A stretch of 64,000 nt of DNA from Podarcis cretensis (GCA_951804945.1 OX638156.1:49910001-49974000), one strand, 5' to 3'; positions 1-13,162 are shown, counted from the stretch's first letter. A program made the numbers and translations. Notes: generated by a model not told the origin, from the sequence alone.

Positions 1-148
1 GGACCTGGTCTGAAGGCGGTTTCCATAGGAACGCATTGATTGCCTTTCAATGCATTCCTATGGGAAACCGTGCTTCGCAAGACAAAAAACTCGCAAGAAG
101 AAAAAACTTGCGGAACGAATTAATTTCGTCTTGCGAGGCACCACTGTA
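1..148. mobile_element. Right end of a Tc1/mariner (Tigger-like) non-autonomous DNA transposon
   Basis: Ends ...TTCGTCTTGCGAGGCACCACTG|TA (CAGT-type TIR plus TA target site); internal palindrome GGTTTCCATAGGAA...TTCCTATGGGAAACC. Confidence 0.65.
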
Positions 149-260
149 CCTCCAATGCAATCTTTACTTCTTATGTTTAGGTCTTGTAGTGTTAGTCTGT
201 GAAGATATAAGTTGGTAAGGTGTCTGCTCTAACAAACTTCTCTTTTTTTTTTGGATTTAG

Positions 261-393
261 AATCATCTTATTGTGAAGGTGCCGCCATATCACGACCAGC
301 AAATAACTGCCCCGGTTTCTGTGGGGATCTATGTGGTGACCAATGCTGGAAGATCACATGACATACAGCCATTTACTTACACTCCTGATACAT
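261..393 (+). CDS. NFAT5: NFAT5 coding exon (IPT domain end)
   Basis: tttag|AATCAT...GATACAT|gtatgt; [44 protein letters not shown]. Confidence 0.93.
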
Positions 394-3300
394 GTATGTT
401 GAAAATGATGAAGCTGTAGAGATGGCCCTTGGCAAATACTTCTGCACAGTTTTTCTTGTATTTAATTGTTATATCTTTGGAAGAGACTGAGGAAGAAAGC
501 AAGACTGTTGGGTGGGCAACACCTCTTGCACTACTTGACCTGATAGCTACACACCAGGGATTTGCTCTCATTCTTTGAAGAGAGCCTGTCTCTCTGAAGC
601 TTGACGGGTTTATGGGAGGAAGATGAGTTTGGGGCTACAACGTATTACAAAGATCTGAGTTAAGGTCTCCCCCACCACTGCGCACATGAAAATAGAGATA
701 AACTTTTAAAATGTACCTTTCACCTTACGGGGGAACACTTTGCTTTACATCTGTTCTGAAAGTCAGCAGTGTCTTTTGCATTTTCAGCTGGTACTCTGAA
801 TGTGAACGTGAAGCAGGAAATACCCAGTCCAACCCAGCCTTGCTCTTTTGATGATGCTATCAAAGGTATCTAATTCTTAGCAGTGGTATTAATCTCTTTG
901 AGTTCTAACTTACACCAATTTTCTGCAGACCTTTCAGAGAGATTTTCCTAAGAGCTTTATTGTGATCACTAATTAAGAGTGTAGTCCTTTGCATGTCAAC
1001 TCAGAAGTAAATCGCTTTGAGCTCAGTGGGGCTTACTCTTAAGTAAGTGTGCATATGATTGCAGCCTAAGACTCCTGGTCGCAGAGACAGTGGTATATGC
1101 TGGGGCTTTAATCTTGCAATTATTCTAGTGTTGCTGTTTCTAATACATATTAATTCCACAAGTGGTTAAAAGTCCTGACTAAACATGAAGTTAGTGCAGA
1201 TAACTTGCTAAACTGTTTCATGAAAATGTTGACATAAGAGTTGTATTGCTAGTGCAAAGCTCACCACTCAAATAAAAATAGAGAATAAATTATTCATAGT
1301 ACTTGCTTTGCAGTTGTCTTTACTACTCTGTGTGTACTATAGTGGCAGGCCCTGTTGGTTTGTGTGCTCTTACTAAGTGAATTGTTTGCTGAAGCTAATT
1401 AAGTTTCAGAAGCTGCTCAAGAGCATGTGTTTTTGAAGCAAAGCAGCATAAATAGTAAGGTCATGAGTTTGTCAGGCTTCCAGGGCTGCAGCTGGAAAAG
1501 ATTCAGCATAGCTGTTCTGGAATGTTTCCAACTCACTAGGAACAGGAGATGTTCTCATACATTCACTGATTATTTGTCGATTTAGCTCAGCAGTTTCTAT
1601 GTTGATTGGCAGCAGTTCTTCAGAGTCACAGACGGGATTCTTTCCCAGTCCTACCTAGAGATGGTGGGGATTAGACCTGGGACCTTCTGCATGCAGAGCA
1701 GCTACCATTGAATTTATGACACTTCTCCAATCTTGGCTTCAATTTTGCATTTGAGTGTTTCCCATTCGGCTTGTTGTATGTGTAGGGCATATTCGTTCTT
1801 TCTCCAGAACTAATTTATGTATTGACCAGTATAATTGTGTGACTTGGCCTACATGAAGTGTGTGATGATAAATGTGGCAGTGTTGTACTTAGTTTGTTCT
1901 TCATTATGCTTTGAGTCAAATATTTCACCCACTTTTCTGTGTGCAGGATTATGTTTTTGATCCCAATTCATCCCTTCTCCTTTCCTTGTATCAGCCTGGA
2001 ATTCTTGCAGTTAATTACATATGCTTCATCAGTCACAGTGAAATGCTGATGCCATTTGGCTCAAACAACTGGTGCTCATCATTTGCAGGCTTGTACAAGT
2101 TGTTTGTTGGATTATTTCCATAGAAAACTATTCTTCAGCTGATAAAAGACACTTGCAAATTACTGCTATTTCCTTCATGCCCTTATTTTACTACTTTCAC
2201 CTTTACTTAAAACCCTTAATATAAGCAAGAAGTTGAACATTTGATGTGTTCTGGCAAAAGCTGATGCAATTTGGGGAATGGGGAAACTTGGTGGCTTGCA
2301 AATGGATGGACATCAGAGATCAGGGTGATTTTTCCTGTAATAACAACTTTATGGCTCTTCAGAAGATGAGCTGTCGCTCAGTGGTAGACCATCTGATTTG
2401 TATACAGAAGGTCCCAGTTTCAATCCTTGTCACCTCTAGGTAGCGCTTGGAACGTTTACTGTCTGAAACCCTGGAAAACCATTAGTAAAGCTAAAGTACT
2501 GTAGATGGACTAATGGTCTCACTCTGTATAAGGCAACTTCCTAGATCCCTGTTTGGTAAGGAGAGCTGAAAGCATCAAGATTACTCTTTCCATCAAATTA
2601 CTCACAAAACAATCTTGTAGCATCTTAAAGATGAACAAACTTACTGTGGAATAATGGGCTTGAGATCACTTTGTCAAATGTGAGTTGCCACATGGCCTTG
2701 TATTTGTTGTAGCATACTAGTATAGTCCTTGTCATATAGGGACTTATTTTACCAGATGTATTATCCTCTCTGTGGCAGTGCTATGTATTCAGATGTTTGT
2801 TGCTGTTTACAACCTAATTTCTGGAGAGTGGAGGGGTAGCCCTAGCAACCAGTCCTCTTATTCTCAGCCCCTGTGGCTATCCTTCAGGACACCAGTAAGA
2901 CTGTGTTTGTTCTCTGCTGCAGTGAACACCAGTGGCTGTAACCTGGACAAGGTAAATATTCTTCCCAGTGCCTTGATAACGCCACTCAGGCCAAACAGTG
3001 TGATCAAGAGTGAAGAGGCTGCTCCCATGGCACTTACAGCTGAAAAAAGGGCTCCTCCAGTCTTTAAGGTAAGTGGTGGCATAGAGAGCTGGTGATTTGG
3101 GGGGGGGGGGGGTTCTGCAAAACTTTTATTTGACAAAACTTTTATTAAAAGATCAACTCTACCCCTCAAGTTAATGATCTTTCAGACACAAGCTTTCCTC
3201 TTCCCACTGCTCTCTGAGCCCAAGAATGTCTGGATTATCATTTTGCTAAACGCATACCATTCTGAGTGCTGAATGGTTGGTAAAACAGCATCCACCACAG

Positions 3301-6071
3301 CCGCCTTTTGCAGCCTAACTTGTTGCAGCTGAAACAAGATGTGGTGTGGGTCTTCCATTGAGTGCTTTACTTTGATGTTGAACCAGTCAATTTCACCCTT
3401 CTGACAAAGATAATCAGATTCCTGATTCAGGGATTTGATATCTTTTTCTTGGGCTCTCTTGATTTTATTGTGATCAACTACAAATCTGTGGTGAGCTGGT
3501 CAACAGCATATCTAATGCCCTGCATAGCAAAATTATTTATTTCTAATATGTTGTACTCTGTCTTTTTATTCAAAGTGGAAGGTGTACTTGATTTTTCTAT
3601 TGCCAGTTCATAACTTCCATCATTTCCACCTTGGCTATTATTCATTTCTATCAGCCAAAAAAAAATTTCATTTGATGGTATTGAAGCATCCTGCTTACTT
3701 CTCTGCTTATATTTAGTAAGCCGCCTTCTTGCTGCTTGTGCTTTTTTAATTGTCCATTATGCGGGGTCATATATAACTGCAAGTACTTGGCAATCATTTT
3801 TTATGATATTCAATTTTACACACATTTTTACATATTTATTATAAGAAGCTAAAAATTATTTGAAGTTGTACAAAAACAAAAGGTCAATATTTTATGTAGT
3901 TAGTTGCCAAGTAAAACTAAATCATATTAATTTAATCAAAATATCTTTTGAATTTCTAAGTCATTTTACAACTTTTTAGAATTTTTGGAATTTGTAAATT
4001 GAAAAATTCAACATGCCTTAATGGGATAGGGATCCAATGTTGCAGTTGGTGGGGTTTAAATGTTAAACAGTTTTCAGAGTGTTGTTTCATTGAGGCACCA
4101 TGCAAGCTTATGATTGTTCTGTCTTATTACTGTGTGCTTTCCCCCTCAGGCAACAAGTGTAGTTGGACCACCCCAAGCCACATTGGAAACCAACATGTCC
4201 AGTATATTGGGCAATGGCACTTTCTCCTCTTCTGCTTCTCACTTAGCACCAGAGAGTGAAAATCAGCAGCTGCAGCCAAAGGTATATACTCCAGAGGCAA
4301 TGCCCTCCCTCCAGGCACAGGACCTTGCCCAGCCTGGCAGCTTCCCTGCAGGTTCTGGTCCCAATCAGCTGCAAAACAGTGACACCTTGTTGCAGCAGGC
4401 ATCCCAGTTCCCCACCAGGGAGTCCCAGCCGAGAGAGGTGTTGCAGCCAGACAGTGCAGTCATGACTTTGTCTCAGTTGACAGAGGTGTCCCAGCAGCAG
4501 TCACCACTCCAGGAATCGGCACAAGTGTTGCAGCAGCAGATGTCGTCAAACCTTTTCTCATCGGCCAGCAGTGTGAGTCAGCTGCAGAACACAATTCAAC
4601 AACTGCAAGCAGGGAACTTTCAGTCTAGCACTGCCAGCAGCAACCATGGAAGTGTAGATTTGGTCCAGCAGGTCCTGGAAGCCCAGCAGCAGCTGTCCTC
4701 TGTCTTGTTCTCTGGGTCTGACAATGAGGATGTTCAAGAGCAAATCAATGTAGAGATTTTTCAGCAGGTTAGCCAGATCCAAAACGGAGTCAGCCAAGGG
4801 ATGTTTTCCTCCTCTGACACTGTCCATTCAAGGGCTGAGGACCTTCTCTCTGGGAGAAGTGAGAATGTCCATTCACAACCTGAAAGTTCTTTGTCCAGCC
4901 AGCAGCAGCAACAGCAGCAGCAGCAACAGCAAGCAATGGAGACTTCTGCAGCTATGGTGATTGAGATTCAGCAAGGCCTCTGCCAGGCAGCAAGTCAGAT
5001 GCAGTCTGACATGTTCTCAACCTCCTCTTCGGGAAATAGAAACATCCAGCAGTCCCCAGTGTACCAACAAACTTCTCACCTGATGGGTGCACTGACAACA
5101 AATGAAGACATACAGATGCAGTGTGAGCTGTTCTCACCCACCAGTGTTTCTGGTAATGAAGCTGGTACTCCATCGCAGCAGCAGCAACAGCAGCAGCAAG
5201 TGGTGCCTGCCAACGGCCCTTCCATGTTTCAGTCTTCTGGCTCTGCCGAAGGTGAAGAAGCTCCAGGTCAGACCAAACAGATGCAGAACAATGTATTTCA
5301 AGCTATGGTTCAAATGCAGCACAGCGGGGAGAACCAGGCGCAGGTCAGCCTCTTCTCCTCCTCAGAAAGCATGATGGCCGTTCAGGACAATGGAACACAG
5401 CAGCAACAGCAGCAAACCGGGAGCCTCTTTCAGCAGAGTGGGGAGTTGATGTCTCTCCAGTCTGGAAGCTTCTTGCAGCAGGCTCCCCATTCACAGGCTC
5501 AGCTTTTTCACTCACAGAGCCCTATTGGGGATGCTCAGAACATCTCGCAGGAGACCCAAAGTGCTCTCTTCCACAGCCAGAGCTCTGCCTCTTCCTCAGA
5601 GCAGCTGCAGCCTCCAATGTTCCACTCCCAGAGTCCCATGGGTGTGGTTCAGGACCAGCAGGCAAGCAACCTATTCCTTCCCCAGAGCTCAGTTGCACAG
5701 GAGGAACAGATGCCCTTCTTTGCCACACAGAATTCCATTTCTCCACTGCAGACATCTGCCAATGCTGAGCAGCAGTCGACATTCCAGCAGCAGCAGGCTC
5801 AGCTCTCACACCTCCAGAGCCCTATGCTTGCCCAAGAGCAGTCCCAGCAACAGCAGCAGAGCATGTTCCAATCACAGGTGCCCCAAAACCAGCAAGGAGC
5901 CATGTTCCAACCACAGCATTCTATGGTGGCTCTTCAGAACAGCACACCCTCCCAAGAGCAGCAGCAGCAGCAGAATTTGAGGTTCAGCAATCAGAATTCC
6001 ATGGGTCCTATGACATCTCAGAAGCAGAACATGATGTACAACCCAAACTCTAACCCAATGGCCAGCCAGGA

Positions 6072-6102
<31 letters not shown>

Positions 6103-7537
6103 CAACAACAACAACAAAGCCAGTCTCTCTTCCACCCACAAAGCAGCATGGCACCAATGAATCAGGATCAGCAACCCATGCAGTTTCAGAACCAGAGCCC
6201 AGGATCTAATCAAGCTGAGTCACAGCAGCAGCCTGCCTTATTCCACAACTCACCCCAGATCCAGCTAGTCCAAGGATCCTCCAGCTCTCAGGAGCAACCT
6301 GTCACCCTCTTCATATCATCGACTTCCATGTCTGCCTTGCAAAACAGCATGAACCAGCAAGAGTTGCAGCAGCCCCCCCTCTACTCTTCCCCAAACAATA
6401 TGGCTGGCATCCAGGGAGCTTCTTCACCCCCGCAGCAGCAGCAGCAGCAGCAGCAGGCTGCTTTGTTCCATAACACACCTGGAAGTGGTTCCATGAACCA
6501 GCTGCAGAACTCCTCCGCTTCATCTCGGCAGACCTCTGGAATATTCCTGTTTGGCATCCAAGATAGTAAGTACAGAGTATCCAGAATTGTCACTGGCTAA
6601 ATTTTAGTGCTTTCTTCCCTTTGTGAAGCTTGTGTTGGAGGCCACATCTGTGTAGCTGTGAAAAACTATCTAAAATTGTGTTGAATTATGACTTTCTTTG
6701 TAAAGCCCATATAATCTGGGAACACACTACAGTGTTAACAGCAATTTTGACATAGACTGCTTGCAGTCTAAAGCAAGGATGGGGAACTTGTGGTCCTCCA
6801 GATGGAGTTGGACTCCAACTCCCCCCATCAGGCCCAGCCAGTATAAAAGTCAGTGATCAGTCCATTCTAAGTGTATAAATGTGTACAAAAGCATCCAAAT
6901 TCAATTCGTTCACTCAGTGGCATTTATGTAGCATTTTCCCAGAAGTAGAGATTCTGTAACTGTGGCAGAGCTGCTGTAAACCTATCTGCATGCTTTCAGA
7001 GCGTAGCACAGCACATAATATGGTGGGGGAAAGCTCTCTAGCTATGCAGTAGATTTTATATATAGACAAAGAAGAATGAGCCAAAGGGCCTGTTAACTTC
7101 GTATGAGATGCTTTGTGCATCTGTCGGTGTCTGACTTCTTTCTTGGGATACCAGCACCCTGATCCTAAATGCCTTAGGGGAAAATGCTCTGTGAGGACAC
7201 TCTAGATGTTTATGAGGCCAGTACAATGTGAAATGCAATAGGCTTCCTTTCACTGCTCAATAAATTTGCATGGTGCTCTGAATGAATCTTGTCTTTCTCA
7301 ACAGACTGTGGCCAGCTCTTAACATCTGGACCCACTTCAATGTCAGATCAGATGATCACAATAAGTCAGCCACAGGGTGAAGCACAGTCATCAGTCACAA
7401 CTCTACTATCCCAGCAGATGTCTGAAAGCCCCCAGCTGCCTTCTGCTATGACCACCAATCAGAATATGAAGAAGATTGATGACCTGCTAGTGTCTCTACA
7501 AAACCAGGGGAACAACAATATGGCTGGCTCCTTCTAA
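261..7537 (+). CDS. NFAT5: NFAT5/TonEBP, 3' part (end of IPT domain plus Q-rich transactivation region); join(261..393,788..865,2923..3068,4150..6565,7305..7537); 5' exons lie outside the window
   Basis: Recognisable peptides [13 protein letters not shown]...[35 protein letters not shown] and the C-terminus [17 protein letters not shown]; GT-AG junctions with consistent phases; synteny with NQO1. Confidence 0.96.
788..865 (+). CDS. NFAT5: NFAT5 coding exon
   Basis: ttttcag|CTGGT...AAAG|gtatc; [25 protein letters not shown]. Confidence 0.88.
985..1068. mobile_element. Short palindromic MITE-like squamate repeat
   Basis: Imperfect hairpin tgcatgtcaactcagaagtaa...cttactcttaagtaagtgtgca. Confidence 0.45.
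1600..1702 (-). mobile_element. Squam3-like tRNA-derived SINE fragment
   Basis: Reverse complement matches the copies at 2368 and 59041 (GAAGGTCCCAGGT...CATCTCTAGGTAGG). Confidence 0.6.
2368..2550 (+). mobile_element. Squam3-like tRNA-derived SINE
   Basis: A-box-like GCTCAGTGGTAG, B-box-like GTTTCAATCC, tail GATGGACTAATGGTCTCACTCTGTATAAGGCAACTTCC. Confidence 0.7.
2923..3068 (+). CDS. NFAT5: NFAT5 coding exon
   Basis: ctgcag|TGAAC...TTTAAG|gtaagt; [21 protein letters not shown]...EKRAPPVFK. Confidence 0.9.
4150..6565 (+). CDS. NFAT5: NFAT5 large glutamine-rich exon (2416 nt)
   Basis: Core of the 828-aa ORF 4114..6600; ccctcag|GCAACA...CAAGATA|gtaagt. Confidence 0.96.
6073..6117 (+). repeat. 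Coding (CAG)7(CAA)8 polyglutamine tract (Q15)
   Basis: Read directly; other polyQ tracts at ~4900-4932, 5176-5199 and 6433-6456. Confidence 0.95.
6770..6860. mobile_element. Palindromic lizard MITE (CCAGATG..GGACTMCAACTCCCATCA family), partial
   Basis: Related copies at ~14815, 29270, 32415, 33720, 56085 and 59285. Confidence 0.55.
7305..7537 (+). CDS. NFAT5: NFAT5 last coding exon (TAA at 7535-7537; exon continues to donor after 7545)
   Basis: caacag|ACTGTGGC; CGQLLTSGP...[12 protein letters not shown]; tccag|gtgagt 8 nt after the stop. Confidence 0.93.
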
Positions 7538-10500
7538 CTGTCCAGGTGAGTTGGAGATGGGAGTCAAAGACTGTAGCCAAGCCAGCATGTTCTCTTCTTA
7601 TTTCTTGCAGCTGATAAAAGGCCATCTTTTCTGCTGCTTCCCCAGAATGATAATAGAATTAATGCCTGTCTTGAGAGTAAATAGAGCTTCACAGCCCTCA
7701 TTCTCCTGGCCCTTAGGACACTTGCAGTGGCCTCACTGAACTTGATTACCATGGCTCAGAAATCCCAGGGTGGATATGGGGTCGTTTGCCTTGACTTCAG
7801 CTCAAGGCTGAAATATGCAGTTCCAAGGCAGCATGGTCAGCTGTGTTTACTCCACACAGAAATAAAGCCTTATTTTTCTGGCCTGAATAAATTATACAAA
7901 GGAAACAGGGGCTTTTACATCATCCTTTTTCTACTGGCAGTGATTGGAATCCTTGCTCTGCCTCTTGAGACATAAAAGTGTCATCCACGTCTGCAACAAT
8001 GCTTTCAGGCATTAGCACTCTAGGAGCTTGCTTTACAAAAGCATTAAATCTTATTATTTTAGGATGTTAAATCCTACCAAGTTCTGTGCTGCTGGTGCAG
8101 TTACAAGAGAGAGCTCAGCAGCACATGGCCCTCCCCAAGCCATGATGCTAGGAGGGGCTCTCTCACACTCCAACTCCATAGTATACATCCCCTCTTCAAG
8201 TCCCAATCAGATTTCACTGATGGGTGGCAGTAATATTACATTCAAAGAAGCCATCATTGGTAACTTCAGCATAGAGGGAAATAACCAGCTGTTGGATGGT
8301 GTTTAATTAGAGTGCTTTAGGGGGAAAGAATGAGGCTCTTACTACGCTTAACTTTTGTCTTTGTGTGTTCTTTTAGCTTGTAACTTCAGAAATCCTGTAA
8401 TGGACAAGCAGATTTGCAAGACTTTCTTTCTTGTGACTCTGGAATTTAGGATGTTTGGAGTTAAATTTCCTGTGTCAAAGTGCGGCCTTGGACCCAAGGG
8501 GAAATGTAGCCTTCACCATCACTTTGGAAGAGTACCCTTGCTAAGCCTGATGAGAAACAGCTGCTGAGTGAGAGCATCAGAGAGAGACTTCTTGAAGCTG
8601 GAAGAGGCGAAAGAGGCTCTACTTTGGACAGTTGCCCCCATCTCTAGTCCAGCTGTGGGGATGCAGAGTGCAGCTGCTCATTTATCATTGCAGCTTGGCA
8701 CTGAAAGAACCTGAGACTGTGTCTGCTCCTCTCTTTCAGCTCCTCTTCACAGCTCTTGGAACAGGCTGCAAAGCACACAGGGATATGTGTTCTAAAATAA
8801 CTGGGATATACAGATGGTTGATTCACACATTTGTGCTCATCACTTGAAGACTCAATCACTTGATTTGCAGGTGTAAATGGTTTCCAATGAAAAATGTTGC
8901 TTGGGGGAGGTGAAGGTGATGCAAGTGTTCAGTCCTCAATTGTGCATTTCACTCATGCCAGTCATTGCTTAATGGTGCAGTTACCAAGTGTTGAACATAC
9001 CAGTGTGAATTAGTGACTCTTTGTTAAACGGAAGCTGCTGTCAGCTTCATAGCAGTATGGAGAAAGCTGTGAATTAGCACCTAGGAAGGTGGCATATACT
9101 GGCAGAGAGTCTCCTAAAGCCACAAGGGGCGGGGAGTGGGTGATATCCAAGAATGTGACTACAGCTTCCTGGGAGGCTGGAAGATTGGCTGCTCAAACAG
9201 GGACTTCTCTGAGCCTCTGGTGCTCTGCCCATCTCCCCTTTCACAAGGGGCCAGTTTGCTATGCTGAGCAATAGACCCCCTCTTGAGTCCTGCCTTGATA
9301 GGCCATAAGCTGAATTTTGTTCCCCTTAATCCCTTTTCTGTCTCTTTCCTCTTGTGTGAAATATGCTGCCACCTGTACAAATCTGAAATAGGTTTTTTGG
9401 AGACCAGAAGGTCCATTGTAGTGGGGCTGGAATGACCAAGCTGGCTGATACCTCCTTGGTTTGTAGAGGAGGGGTGAGAGAATATTTTTGGGCATGCTGG
9501 TTTCTGCTCCTCCACCCCTTTTCTAATTGGTGCAGGTTTGAAGTCTTAAATTTAAACTCACATGGGGGGAGGGGGATTTGGCAGCTTCCCCTTGGGACTT
9601 GAAGGGGTGCCTCTGTATACCAGTTGCTGAGAATTGCAGGTGGGCAGAGTACTATTGCACCTAGGTCCTGCTTGTGGACTAGCTATCTGGTTGGCCACTG
9701 TAAGAACATGATGCTGGACTAGATGGGCCATTGAACTGATCCAGTGGGCTTTACTTATGTTCTTACATGGCTCCTTTAGCTCATACGAGACAAGTAACGT
9801 CACTCTTTCAAAATGCAAATGCTGGTGATGAATTTGCATCCATTTTGGCTTAAAAGGCAGATGCTCTTGTGTGCTGTCAGCACCAAGGGGCAAACTCAAT
9901 TTCAGGTGCTCTCCAGGGATAGCTACAGTTTCCCTCTTCTGGATTTTTATTTCCCTCTCTTCCTCTCCTGCACATCAAATGCTGTGCGTGGTGTCTGTCA
10001 CCCAACAGCTGTTGTGTGTGACTCTTGTTGGCATTGGGGAGTTGTGTTTTTTAGTAAGCATTGGTGTCCATTTTTGTTACTTTTGTGTAGAGAAGAATTT
10101 AGCTTGTACCTGGTTTTTTAGGCTACCCCTTGTGTGTTTTTTCTAACTTGTGCTCCACCTTGAGCTATGTAGAGTTGTGCTTGTTTTTTGTTATTGTTGT
10201 TGTCCTGTTAAATGCCAGTCCGTCTCTGATGTTTGCAGTCAGTGATTCGTTCTGTTTGTCCGTCTCTCTTTGAGAGGCTTGAGTTATGTTTTCAGTAGTA
10301 CAGGCTATTTTGCCGATATGAAGAGAACTTTTCAGAAAGAGACCTGCTCTAGGTCATTTAATTTTGAATACAGTTTTCAATCGTTCAGGTTTTGGATGGT
10401 TTATATCTAATGTGTGTTTCATTTTTTTGGAAAGCTCTATTTTGTATTTAGAAAATGATAAACTATTTTGCTATTTGTACTGAGTGAGTACATTGGCATA

Positions 10501-12149
10501 AATAATATATATATATAAATATATATATGCATATACATATATTCACACACATATATTCTTTTTGCCACAGATTTTTGTGGTAAATGTGTGAGTTTTGTTG
10601 TCTGTTTTCCCACAACATGGCATCTAGGAACCAGGGGAAGGGGGGTTGTTGTTAAGTCTTCACAAAGTATTTGAGTACTTTTTGCAGCAGATGTGATTGG
10701 TTCATCTCTGGCCGTTCATATAATCAGGCAGCCTCTGTGCTGATTGGCTGTGAGGGCAACTTCACTGCAGAGGTGACACATGTGCATCTTCCTTTGCATG
10801 GGAGTCCCTTGACATGAGCCATTCAGCTGTTCACTCGTGGTTAATGTCTAATATTTTATTGCTAGCTTTTTAATTTATAACAACACTACAAATTCACAAT
10901 TGGAACCTTCTTTCCTCATTTCATGATGTCTGTAGCTGCATTGAGCTTGCTTCTCTTACAATGTTATGTTTCTTTTATTTGCTGAAAGAGTATTGAGGAT
11001 GGGAAGGAGCAGTCATGTGCCTAACTATGAATGAGGAGGCAGAAAGGGATGTACCAAGCCAGCGGCTTTTGCTTTCACTTCTGGGGATCCTGCAGTTGGG
11101 CCTGGGACTGCCTGTGTCTTCTGGAAGAGGCACTTAGTCCCAGGCCATGGCAGGAGCTTTATGGGGAAGAAGTGTGTGGAGAGGGTTGAGTAGGAGCAGG
11201 TTGACTTGTACGCTGCTGTGTCTTGTTCACTTCGGTGACATCAGGACTGTCCTCGGGGGACAGTGCTAAGTCACCAGGGACCAATCCTCTATTGAACCAA
11301 GTTTCCTGCTCAGAGCTGCCTCTTGTCACTTCTCCCCACATTGCTCCAGCCATACAACGCAGGCATCTGCATTCTGTTAAAGGGGCTCCTGCTGCTGCTC
11401 TGTTCAAAACGGTGATGTACATGGGTTTTTGGGTTGGTTTATTTCTATTTTTTCTTGGTCCATTTTAGGTCAATATTTAAATGTGCAACATTTTTAACGT
11501 GATTTGGTTACAAAAAAGTATGTATTTGGAACAAAGGTCTGCTCAGTGGCTGGCTGGTGCTGCATCTTTCCTACACCCTTTTTGTTTGTTTTGCGGGGCC
11601 TGTGGTAGCAGAACCTACAAAAGGTATTCTAGAGAGTTTCATGGAGATGGGACCTCGGCAGCCTTGCAAGGTGCATCTTGTTTCCTGTGTGTTCTTGGTC
11701 CGCACATGGCATTTGGAGCTCATGTTGTCCCCATTCATTTTTCCCCTCTGCATCAGTCCACAAAAATCCAACTAAGCCTTTCCACCACAAAGGGCTTCAA
11801 ACTACAGGAAGCAATCATTTTTATGTACAACTCCCTCTCCCTCCTCAAACACTCTGGATAAAGCCACTTTGGGAATCAGATTTTGTAGAACTGTAAAAGC
11901 CCTTGTGGTTTCAGGTAACTCCCTGCATATTAATGGTCAAGAGAGAGCTGTCCTTTCAGGCATCCCTGACTTGCTTTCCTTCCTCCTCTTGTGCACCACT
12001 CCAAACATGCCTGGGAAAGTGTATCCTGAGTAATTACTTATCCTGAGTAATCTTCTAGCACACTGCATCAGAGCAGAGCCTGAAAGGCCAGGAAGTACCT
12101 CATTTGGTCTTGCCCACCCTGGCAATGAGCAACTTGGTCATAGCCATGT

Positions 12150-12420
12150 CCCATTTGAAAAGGTTGAAAGGACTAAGTATATTTAGGCTGCACAAGAAAC
12201 AATGAAGAGGAAATTTGATAACCATCACTAAGTATTTGACAGGCTGTCTCTCTTGATCATGGGAGCAAATTTTGTGTTGTTGTTTTCTCCAGGGCTTCAG
12301 TGTTAACCAATAGGTCCATTTTGCAAGAAAAAGGATTTAAACTAAATATTAGGAATAACTTCTTGACAGTCCAGGCTGCTTGTGACTGCTTCAGAAAATG
12401 GTGGTCTCTTGTTTGAGCTC
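12150..12420 (+). mobile_element. Degraded CR1 LINE 3' fragment inside the NFAT5 3' UTR
   Basis: CR1-type motifs such as aggatttaaactaaatattaggaataacttcttgacagt. Confidence 0.5.
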
Positions 12421-13162
12421 ATAGCAGAGGATTTCCTGCATTGAAATAACTTTTGAGTGTAACCCTGACCTCTGCACCAGACATGGCCCATGTGGATGCT
12501 GCTGCTGCCACCACCACTGCATTTTTCTTTCATCCCTGCCACCACTGCCTCTTTGATCCTTAAGCCCTTAGGTAGCTTGGCTGTCATCTGGGGTCCATTG
12601 TTTCCTCTTTTCAGCAGCTTTTTTGTATTGGGGCTCTGGCCCATGGAGTCCAACTTGTTTGGAATGAAGTCCCATTTGGACAGGGCAAGGTTTTGTTCTG
12701 AACAGTTTGGGCTTGCACCTGCTGAGACCAAGAATCTCATTGCACCCCCCTGTCCCAACAGCAATTTGCGTGCAACTAATGAAGGTTTTCTCCCAGAGCT
12801 CGGCCTGTTAATATCGCTGCAGTCCTAACACACTCCCTCCCCCTCCCCTTTCTTGCCATGCTCGCTTAGAACAGCACTCAAGACCAGCCAGCCACCAAGC
12901 CGCCTTTTCCAATATCCTGCAATGTGAATGTAGCCTCAGATGGCCCCTTGTGCATTTTGTGTCCCTGGCTTGTGTAGGTGGGTTTCTCAGAGCACTGATA
13001 ATGGTTTTGTTTATTCTATTGGAGGGGGCGGGGGGGGGACTCATTTGCATTTGTTTTTAGCTATCCTGTGATAACTTGTTGAATATTAAGAGAGAGATAT
13101 TTTGCTTCTATTGGGACATTTGTATACTTGCAACTATATTTCTGTACACAGCTGCAGTCAAG

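Noticed and set aside
10474-10495. Small hairpin TGTACT-GAGTG-AGTACA in the NFAT5 UTR as a possible iron-responsive element
   Set aside because: Loop is not CAGUGH and there is no bulged C with a lower stem
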